Under the pieces are notes generated by a model, which saw only the letters and a list, made by a program, of their open reading frames with translations, did not search any database and was not told where the DNA came from. This document shows positions 25,038 to 32,000 of a stretch of 32,000 nt of DNA, in pieces (position 1 is the first letter of the stretch; each line of letters opens with the position of its first letter). Location: contig RQZE01000009.1 in assembly GCA_003858585.1 (NCBI GenBank), positions 1 to 32,000 on the forward strand. The letters run 5' to 3'. Position numbers and translations under genes: made by a program. Source of the stretch: Erysipelotrichaceae bacterium OH741_COT-311 (GTDB lineage: Bacteria > Bacillota_I > Bacilli_A > Erysipelotrichales > Erysipelotrichaceae).

Positions 25038-25726
25038 GAATTGACAAATTATTGGCAAGTTCAGGCTATGGTAGTCGAAAAGATGTTAAGAAGTTAATTA
25101 AGGATAAAAAAGTATATGTAAATGATGTACTTGTGACAAAAGAAGATGTTAAGGTTGATGAAGTACATGATTGTATTATGGTAGAACAACAAAGAGTCAT
25201 CTTTCAAAAATATATTTATTTAATGATGAATAAACCGTCCGGCTATCTTTGTGCAAATGAAGATACGGAAGCAACTGTATTTGATTTAATAAAAGAACCA
25301 TATAAAAATATCTTTACAGTCGGTCGTTTAGATAAAGATACAGAAGGTTTATTATTAATCAGTAATGATGGACAATTTGCACATAATTTAATGTCTCCTA
25401 AAAAAAATATTGATAAGACTTATTATGTAGAAGTAAAAAATATATTAAAAGATGAGGATATAGAGTTGTTAAAGAGTGGTTCAATTCGTTTAGATCATGA
25501 AGGTATTAAGGAAGCTAAGGTAGATAAGATTGATGATTATCATATATATTTAACCATTCAAGAAGGAAAATATCATCAAGTAAAGCGGATGATTAAAAAC
25601 TGTAATAATGAAGTAGTGTATTTAAAGCGTGTAAGGATTAAGGACTTACAGCTTGATCCAAACTTAAGTTTAGGAGAATATCGAAGTTTAAAAGAAGAAG
25701 AATTAAAAAAATTAAAGGATGACTGA
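25034..25726 (+). CDS. rsuA: 16S rRNA pseudouridine synthase, RsuA family
   Basis: S4 domain MRIDKLLASSGYGSRKDVKKLI, catalytic GRLDKDTEGLLL, and EGKYHQVKRM. Collinear with E. coli RsuA. Confidence 0.8.
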   Translation: MRIDKLLASSGYGSRKDVKKLIKDKKVYVNDVLVTKEDVKVDEVHDCIMVEQQRVIFQKYIYLMMNKPSGYLCANEDTEATVFDLIKEPYKNIFTVGRLDKDTEGLLLISNDGQFAHNLMSPKKNIDKTYYVEVKNILKDEDIELLKSGSIRLDHEGIKEAKVDKIDDYHIYLTIQEGKYHQVKRMIKNCNNEVVYLKRVRIKDLQLDPNLSLGEYRSLKEEELKKLKDD

Positions 25727-25740
25727 GTCATCCTTCTTTA
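25715..25740. terminator. Bidirectional terminator between rsuA and pepD
   Basis: Perfect 9-bp stem AAGGATGAC-TGA-GTCATCCTT spanning the rsuA stop codon, then CTTTATTTA. Confidence 0.6.
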
Positions 25741-25741
25741 T

Positions 25742-27166
25742 TTATAGGTTTTCTAATAAATTAGTAAGTAAGTGATATGTTTTTACAGAAGAAGCTACAT
25801 CTAATTTCTCATTTGGACTATGTACATCATAGATATTTGGTCCCATTGTAATAATATCTAAACTAGGTTTTTTATTTTTGAAAATACCACATTCTAATCC
25901 GGCGTGGATTGGAACGATATGCATTTTTTCGTTATTTAGTTGGAAATATACTTTTTCTAAGGTATCTCTTAAAGGACTGTGTTCTAAGTAGTCCCAAGCC
26001 GGATACCAGTTGTCTTCTTTAAAATTGAAAGAAAGAATATTCGCTAATGTTTCAATTTCTAAAGCTAAGTTTACAACTAAGCTATTTAAGCTACCTCTTA
26101 ATGCAGCTGAAATTTTAACTTCTTCCTGCATTGTAAGAATTCCAACATTTTCACTTGCACTTGTTAAACCATCTAATTGTAAACTACGATTACGCATACC
26201 ATTAGGGAATAAATAAAGTAATTTTAGTAAGTCATTACTTTCAGAAAGGGCAATAACATCTTTTGATGGAGTTTCTTCAAGATGGAATGTAAAATTAGGT
26301 TCTGTATATTCGATTTCCTTTTTAATGTCTGCAAATAAATGAGTTACTTTTTCTTTTATGATTTCAAACGGTTCATTACTTCCAAATGATGCAACTGCAC
26401 TTCGAGGAATGGCATTGACTTTACTACCACCTTGGAAGTTACTTAAGCAAATCTCATAAGATCTTGATAGATAATATAAGATACGTGCTGTAAGTTTTAA
26501 TGAATTTCCTTTTTCTTTATGAATATCTGCACCAGAATGACCACCGCTTAATCCATCAATACTTAATGTAAAATGATGTTCATAAGGATTTGTACGATAA
26601 TGTAAAGTACGAGTAACAAAGACATCCGTACCTCCGGCACTTGCACAAGTAGAAGTGTCATCTTCTTCGGAGTCTAAATTGATTAATTGTTCTGCTTCGA
26701 TAAGCGATGCATCTAACTCAAATGCCCCTAACATTGTTGTTTCTTCTTCAACAGTAAAGATACAAGTTAATTTAGGATGTTTTAAAGATGTATCTGCAAG
26801 AATGGCGAGCATATAACTTACACCTACACCATTATCTGCTCCTAAAGTTGTATCTTTCGCTTTTAAAAAGCCATCTTCAATATAAAGTTGAAGTTCATCT
26901 TTATCGAAGTCAAAAGTACTTGAAGCTGTTTTTTCATTTACCATGTCAATGTGAGCTTGCAAAGCGACAGGCTTATGCGTTTCATATCCTGCAGAAGCTT
27001 CTTTGTAAATGACTACATTCAAGGTTTTATCTTGTACATAACGTAAATTATGTTTCTTCGCAAATGTCACAAGATAATCAGATACTGCTTGTTCATTACC
27101 TGAACCACGAGGGATTTTACATAAATCTTTAAAATAGTTTTGAAACGGCAAGTTAAAATTTTCCAT
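25742..27166 (-). CDS. pepD: Aminoacyl-histidine (Xaa-His) dipeptidase, M20C
   Basis: N-terminus FKDLCKIPRGSGNEQAVSDYL, HIDMV, GADNGVG and EEETTMLGA motifs. 474 aa. Confidence 0.85.
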   Translation of the reverse strand: MENFNLPFQNYFKDLCKIPRGSGNEQAVSDYLVTFAKKHNLRYVQDKTLNVVIYKEASAGYETHKPVALQAHIDMVNEKTASSTFDFDKDELQLYIEDGFLKAKDTTLGADNGVGVSYMLAILADTSLKHPKLTCIFTVEEETTMLGAFELDASLIEAEQLINLDSEEDDTSTCASAGGTDVFVTRTLHYRTNPYEHHFTLSIDGLSGGHSGADIHKEKGNSLKLTARILYYLSRSYEICLSNFQGGSKVNAIPRSAVASFGSNEPFEIIKEKVTHLFADIKKEIEYTEPNFTFHLEETPSKDVIALSESNDLLKLLYLFPNGMRNRSLQLDGLTSASENVGILTMQEEVKISAALRGSLNSLVVNLALEIETLANILSFNFKEDNWYPAWDYLEHSPLRDTLEKVYFQLNNEKMHIVPIHAGLECGIFKNKKPSLDIITMGPNIYDVHSPNEKLDVASSVKTYHLLTNLLENL

Positions 27167-27175
27167 AAATTCCTC

Positions 27176-28084
27176 CTATAATATTTTTGAAAGTTCTATT
27201 TCAGGTACTTCTAGTATACCATCTTTTGCATATTTTTCTAAAACTTGTATTACTTGATTTGTAAGATAAGTAGGAGTACTTGCTCCAGCTGTAATACCAA
27301 CGGTTTCTACGTTCAAATCTTCAAGTTTGATTTCTTTTGCTGTTTCAATTAAACGTACATTTTTTGTTCCATGTAAAGTAGCAATATCTCTAAGCTTATT
27401 GGAGTTATTGCTACTAGGATCACCTACAACATATAATAAATCTAAATCCTTATTTTTAATGAGTGCTTGTTGTCTCAATCGGGTTGCACTGCATAGTTCT
27501 TCTTCGATGTAGACTTGTGGATATTTTTCTTCAATGTGTTTAAAGATAACACCAATTTCGATAAAGGACATGGTTGTTTGATTGGTTACATAAATAAGGG
27601 GATTCGAAAGATGTAATGCATCTACTTCGGTAGGTTTTGTAATTAAATGAACTTTATCACTAATCGATGTAATGGCTTCTGCTTCAGGATGATTTAATGA
27701 ACCAATATAGATAACATCATAGCCTTCCTGTAGTTTTTCTTGGACTTTTTCTTGGGTAGTTTGCACATCAATACATGAAGCATCTACACATCTTAAACCT
27801 TTACTTAACGCCTTGTCTTTGACTTGTTGACTAATGCCATGGGCAGTAAAAATAACAATTCCTTCATCAATGAGATCAAGTAACTCTAGACGGGTTTTTC
27901 CCTTGGATTCAACGGTTTTTATATTATATAAATTTAAGGCTTCTGTTACATATTTATTATGTACAATCATACCTAAAATATAAATTTTTTCATTTGGATG
28001 TTCCATCGCTGTTTTCTTGGCAATGTTTATGGCATTTACAACACCTTTACAATAACCACGAGGACTAATTTTAATAATCTGCAT
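27176..28084 (-). CDS. ispH: 4-hydroxy-3-methylbut-2-enyl diphosphate reductase
   Basis: Collinear with E. coli IspH/LytB: PRGYCKGV, FTAHGIS, NQTT, SSNNSNKL, GITAGASTP. Confidence 0.9.
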   Translation of the reverse strand: MQIIKISPRGYCKGVVNAINIAKKTAMEHPNEKIYILGMIVHNKYVTEALNLYNIKTVESKGKTRLELLDLIDEGIVIFTAHGISQQVKDKALSKGLRCVDASCIDVQTTQEKVQEKLQEGYDVIYIGSLNHPEAEAITSISDKVHLITKPTEVDALHLSNPLIYVTNQTTMSFIEIGVIFKHIEEKYPQVYIEEELCSATRLRQQALIKNKDLDLLYVVGDPSSNNSNKLRDIATLHGTKNVRLIETAKEIKLEDLNVETVGITAGASTPTYLTNQVIQVLEKYAKDGILEVPEIELSKIL

Positions 28085-28161
28085 AACAAACCTCCTTATT
28101 TATTCTAACATAATTTTTCATTTTTAAGGTTTTCAAGTATAATAGTAATGAGGTAAATAGA

Positions 28162-29517
28162 ATGAAATTTAAACAATATCCATTATCAGAGACTACCCTT
28201 AAATTTATTGCGTTAAATGATTTTGTAGAAGCTACACCAATACAGCATGCAACAATTAAAATGGCGTTGAAACAGAAAGACATCATCGCTATTTCAAATA
28301 CAGGTACCGGTAAGACTCATGCTTTTTTAATACCATTAATGGAAAAAATTGATCCGATTGTACAAAAGGTCCAAGCGGTTATTACAGCACCAACGCGTGA
28401 GTTAGCTATGCAGATTTATCAGCGTGCAAAGTTAATGGAGAAAGCAGATAGTCGCTTAAACATTAAGTTAATCACAGGTGGTATTGCTCGTGATAAGATG
28501 AGTGAGTCTATAAAAAAACAACCGCATATTGTCATTGGAACACCGGGGAGAATTAAAGACTTATTTTTAGATCAAGATGTATTGCGTGTAGATACTGCGA
28601 ATATTTTAGTTGTCGATGAAGCAGATATGACATTGGAATATGGCTTTTTGAAGGATGTTGATGCGATTGCATCAAGAATGAAAGATTTAACGATGATGTG
28701 TTTTTCAGCAACCATACCACAAGAATTAAAGCCATTTTTAAAGAAATATATGACACATCCACAAACCATTAAAATTGAAGATTCTAAAGATATGAATCCA
28801 AATATTGAACATCGTTTAATTAACTGTAAACACAAATCATATCAAGAAACATTATTAAGTATCGTAGATGGCTTTATTCCTTATGTATGTTTAGTTTTCG
28901 CAAATACACGTCAACAAGCTAGTGAGTGTGCAAGTTTATTAAGAAGTAATGGATTGCCTGTCTTGGAACTACATGGTGGGCTTTCAGCCAGAGCTCGTAA
29001 ACAAGCGATGAAACAACTTCAAAACAATCAACATAGCTATATTATTGCCAGTGATATTGCTTCACGTGGTATTGATATTGAAGCGATTACGCATGTAGTA
29101 TCGTTAGGTTTTCCAAACAATTTAGAATTTTATATTCATCGTGCCGGTCGTTGTGGTCGAGCAGGGAAGCATGGTGTTTGTTTTGCTTTATATAAAGAAC
29201 AAGATGATGCATCAATCAAAGAATTGATGAAACAAGGAATAGAGTTTCTACATTATAGTTATAAAAATGAAGTATGGACAAAATTGAAACCTTATGGATT
29301 TAAAAAGGTAGTAAAGAAAGATGTCTTAGAGAAAGAAATAGCTAAAAAGATTACTCGTAAAAATGAAAAAGTAAAACCTGGTTATAAAAAGAAAAAAGCG
29401 GAAGAAGTTAAGCGTATTAAACAAAAACAGCGTCAACAAGAAATTCGTAGTAAAATCAAGGCACAGCGTAAAGAGATGTACAAACAAAAACAAAGAGAAC
29501 TAAATAAAAACGGTTAA
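28162..29517 (+). CDS. cshB: DEAD-box ATP-dependent RNA helicase with Lys-rich C-terminal tail
   Basis: Q-motif region, TGTGKTHAF, VVDEADM, SAT, HRAGRCGRAG. Neighbourhood with ispH resembles B. subtilis yqfP/yqfR (from memory). Confidence 0.8.
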   Translation: MKFKQYPLSETTLKFIALNDFVEATPIQHATIKMALKQKDIIAISNTGTGKTHAFLIPLMEKIDPIVQKVQAVITAPTRELAMQIYQRAKLMEKADSRLNIKLITGGIARDKMSESIKKQPHIVIGTPGRIKDLFLDQDVLRVDTANILVVDEADMTLEYGFLKDVDAIASRMKDLTMMCFSATIPQELKPFLKKYMTHPQTIKIEDSKDMNPNIEHRLINCKHKSYQETLLSIVDGFIPYVCLVFANTRQQASECASLLRSNGLPVLELHGGLSARARKQAMKQLQNNQHSYIIASDIASRGIDIEAITHVVSLGFPNNLEFYIHRAGRCGRAGKHGVCFALYKEQDDASIKELMKQGIEFLHYSYKNEVWTKLKPYGFKKVVKKDVLEKEIAKKITRKNEKVKPGYKKKKAEEVKRIKQKQRQQEIRSKIKAQRKEMYKQKQRELNKNG

Positions 29518-29531
29518 CTAATAACCGTTTT
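29507..29531. terminator. Bidirectional terminator between helicase and sodA
   Basis: 10-bp stem AAAACGGTTA / TAACCGTTTT with loop ACTAA, flanked by A- and T-runs. Overlaps both stop codons. Confidence 0.65.
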
Positions 29532-30138
29532 ATTTTGTAGCTAAATAACGTTTTTCAACTTCATCCCAATTGATTACATTCCAGAATGCTTCTACATAAC
29601 TTGGACGTAAGTTTTGGTATTTTAAGTAATAAGCATGTTCCCAAACATCTAAACCTAAAATTGGTGTACGACCACTTGAAAGTGGAGTATCTTGGTTTGG
29701 TGTAGATTCTACTTTTAAAGTACCGTTATCGACTGTTAACCAAGCCCATCCTGAACCAAATCTTGTTTTTGCAGCATTATTGAATGCTTCTTTAAATGCA
29801 TCAAATGATCCAAATGTTTTTTCAATGTCTTCTTTTAACTGACCTTTTGGTAAACCACCACCATTTGGACTCATAATACTCCAAAATAAAGTGTGATTTG
29901 CATGTCCTCCACCATTATTTCTAACAGCTTGACGAATATCTTCTGGTAATACATCTAAGTTGCTTACTAATTCTTCAATTGTTTTTTCAAAGAATTCAGG
30001 GTGTTTTTCAATCGCAGTATTTAAGTTGTTTACATAAGCATTGTGATGTTTACCATGATGAATTTTCATTGTCATTTCATCAATGTGTGGTTCTAATGCA
30101 TTAAATGCATAAGTTAATTCTGGTAATATATATGTCAT
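29530..30138 (-). CDS. sodA: Fe/Mn superoxide dismutase
   Basis: [22 protein letters not shown] and DVWEHAYYL motifs. Confidence 0.92.
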   Translation of the reverse strand: MTYILPELTYAFNALEPHIDEMTMKIHHGKHHNAYVNNLNTAIEKHPEFFEKTIEELVSNLDVLPEDIRQAVRNNGGGHANHTLFWSIMSPNGGGLPKGQLKEDIEKTFGSFDAFKEAFNNAAKTRFGSGWAWLTVDNGTLKVESTPNQDTPLSSGRTPILGLDVWEHAYYLKYQNLRPSYVEAFWNVINWDEVEKRYLATK

Positions 30139-30216
30139 AATAATCTCCTCCTAGATTGTAAAATAACTGTAACATGTTTAAAAACAGAATAAAAGTTATA
30201 TGCTCAATCGATTACA

Positions 30217-31290
30217 TTAAGCGGTTTTCTGATTGGTAGCAGTCATTTTTAAGATTTCTTCTTTTAAGGTTTCAACAATGTGATCTTGTGCAACACGTTT
30301 TACTAATTTACCTTTTTTAAATAATAATCCTTCGTTTTTACCACCTGCAATTCCAATATCCGCTCTTGATGCTTCTTGAGGACCATTGACCGGACAACCC
30401 ATAATCGCAACGGAAATGTTTGCAGAAATTGTATTTAAAAAAGCTTCTACTTCGTTTACTAATGGAATCATATCATATTGGATACGTCCGCAAGTTGGAC
30501 AACTGATTAAGTTAGGGATGTTATCATATAGGTCAAAACACTTTAATAATTGTTTAGCAATTTTAAGTTCTTCTACAGGGTCAGCACTTACAGAAATACG
30601 CATCGTATCTCCAATGCCTTCATGTAGCAAGGTACCTAAGGCTGCACTTGATTTAATGGCACTTCCGGTAAAAGAGCCGGCTTCGGTTACACCCAAGTGC
30701 AGAGGATAATTAAATGTTTCGCTTGCTAATTTATATACATCAATACATAGTTGCACTTCACTAGATTTAAACGATAGACAGATATCATAAAAATCTAAAT
30801 CTTCTAAGATCTTGACATGTTTCATGGCACTTTCAATCATACCTTGGGCTGTTGGTTTTCCATACTTTGCCAAAATTTCTTTTTCTAATGATCCAGAATT
30901 GATACCAATACGAATTGGGATTTTATATTCTTTACATTTATTTACAACAGCCTCTACTTTTTCTCTACTTCCAACATTTCCGGGATTTAAGCGTATTTTA
31001 TCAATGCCCATTTCAATCGCAATGAGTGCATATTCAGTGTTGAAATGAATATCAGCAACCAAAGGGATATTGGTGCGTTCTCTAATTTCTTTAATTGCAT
31101 AGGCATCCTCTTTATCTAAGACAGCCATACGAACAATTTGACAACCCGCTTGCTGAAGCTCATTGATTTGCTTTACCGTAGCCTCTACATGTTTTGTTTT
31201 AGTATTTGTCATTGACTGTATAATCACTTGATTTTGTCCACCAATTTGGATATCTCTACAAAAAATAGGTCTTGTTTTTTCTCTTTTCAT
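30217..31290 (-). CDS. ispG: 4-hydroxy-3-methylbut-2-en-1-yl diphosphate synthase
   Basis: Start at the ATG whose complement is at 31288-31290 (GGTGAT SD). IQIGGQNQVIIQSMTNT, RINPGN, and the CPTCGR Fe-S motif. Confidence 0.9.
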   Translation of the reverse strand: MKREKTRPIFCRDIQIGGQNQVIIQSMTNTKTKHVEATVKQINELQQAGCQIVRMAVLDKEDAYAIKEIRERTNIPLVADIHFNTEYALIAIEMGIDKIRLNPGNVGSREKVEAVVNKCKEYKIPIRIGINSGSLEKEILAKYGKPTAQGMIESAMKHVKILEDLDFYDICLSFKSSEVQLCIDVYKLASETFNYPLHLGVTEAGSFTGSAIKSSAALGTLLHEGIGDTMRISVSADPVEELKIAKQLLKCFDLYDNIPNLISCPTCGRIQYDMIPLVNEVEAFLNTISANISVAIMGCPVNGPQEASRADIGIAGGKNEGLLFKKGKLVKRVAQDHIVETLKEEILKMTATNQKTA

Positions 31291-31383
31291 TTTTATCACC
31301 CAATTGATTATAACACAGATATATTTATAGCACTTGAAATTTAAATAGTTTATAATTATCTTATTGGAAGGAGACAGATCTTC

Positions 31384-32000
31384 TTGTTTAAGTTTAAAAA
31401 TAACAAATATCAAGGTTCTAGTGAATATTTAAAAAAAGCACTGGATTTAAGTAAACTTATTAATACACGTTATTATTACTTGATTGTAATAATTTTAATA
31501 TTGATGATTGTTATTATTGGTCGTTTATATTATGTACAAATTATTAAAAGTAAAGATTATCAATTAAAGTTAGAAGCCTATGCTTCAAGATATCAAACAA
31601 TTACAACACCAAGAGGAGAAATCATTGATCGCAATGGACTATCAGTTGTATCCAATGAACAACGATTAATTATTACTTATTTTCCATCACGTACTATTAC
31701 AGATACTAAAGAGTGGTTGCTAGCTTATAATTTTTCCAAGGATTTTTATGTTGATGATTCCGTATTAAAATCAAGAGATTTAAAAGATTTATTTATTACT
31801 ACACAAAGTCAAGCATTTAAAAACTTTGTCAAAGAGAATCAAATTGAAGAATTTAATTATATTCTTACAGATGAGTATAAAAGTATAAATGAAAGCTTAT
31901 TAACCGAAGAAGAACATCGTCTCGTTTTAAAAGGAAAACTTTCAAATCAAGATGCATATTATTTAAAACTTTCAAGAATTGATGATCATCTTTTGAAACA
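31384..32000 (+). CDS. Penicillin-binding protein 2-type transpeptidase, N-terminal part (runs off window)
   Basis: Open frame from 31345 to the window end, absent from the ORF track because it is open-ended. TTG 31384 lies 9 nt after GGAAGGAGA. TM helix YYYLIVIILILMIVIIG, then RLYYVQI...TPRGEIIDRNG, typical of class B PBPs. Confidence 0.65.
   Translation, partial: MFKFKNNKYQGSSEYLKKALDLSKLINTRYYYLIVIILILMIVIIGRLYYVQIIKSKDYQLKLEAYASRYQTITTPRGEIIDRNGLSVVSNEQRLIITYFPSRTITDTKEWLLAYNFSKDFYVDDSVLKSRDLKDLFITTQSQAFKNFVKENQIEEFNYILTDEYKSINESLLTEEEHRLVLKGKLSNQDAYYLKLSRIDDHLLK

Noticed and set aside
26010-31048. ORFs 26010-26216, 26788-27012, 27327-27512, 28071-28286, 28553-28762, 28572-28835, 30386-30709, 30812-31048
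   Set aside because: All are embedded antisense in pepD, ispH, the helicase gene or ispG (28071-28286 also spans the divergent promoter). None has independent support.
31291-31413. 41-codon N-terminal extension of ispG
   Set aside because: The conserved IspG sequence begins at MKREKTRPIF with a GGTGAT SD. The extension lies in the divergent promoter region and overlaps the PBP gene start.
1-32000. Alternative genetic code (TGA=Trp, Mollicutes-like) suggested by the low GC content
   Set aside because: TGA terminates well-supported genes (mreC, rsuA), Trp is encoded by TGG throughout, and full-length conserved proteins are obtained with the standard code.

Overview
Low-GC Bacillota-type chromosome (standard code: TGA is used as a stop, Trp is TGG). 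I saw no CRISPR array, integrase or transposase. Positions 1-~6300 hold a decayed prophage cut by the left window edge. It carries a JAB/MPN-motif protein, a large terminase with a Lys-rich N-terminal extension, an SPP1-type portal and a MuF/gp7 head-morphogenesis protein. These are followed by a translationally coupled PD-(D/E)xK-like toxin candidate, a 217-bp structured gap and a frameshifted LL-H-type holin. No capsid, tail or endolysin genes occur before the host tRNA-Leu(CAA). The next stretch is a small accessory region: a histone-H1-like Lys-rich repeat protein, a membrane protein, a CPWC thioredoxin-fold lipoprotein, udp, maa and an SDR gene broken by one in-frame TAA. After tRNA-Glu/tRNA-Trp the window is core genome: lipoprotein-chrA-chrA-patatin-Cof; radC-mreC-mreD-lipoprotein-acidic disordered protein-murC; DUF948/coiled-coil stress-like pair; ccpA-like regulator; T-box(UAC)-tyrS; lipoprotein, MurJ/YtgP-like flippase, rsuA; pepD-ispH (minus); cshB-like helicase; sodA; ispG; start of a PBP2-type transpeptidase. 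The best candidates for something new are the MuF-associated nuclease cassette, the phage JAB protein, and the two uncharacterised genes inside the mreCD-murC operon, which sit where Bacillus has minCD. All functional calls rest on motifs, synteny and remembered homologues; no database search was possible.
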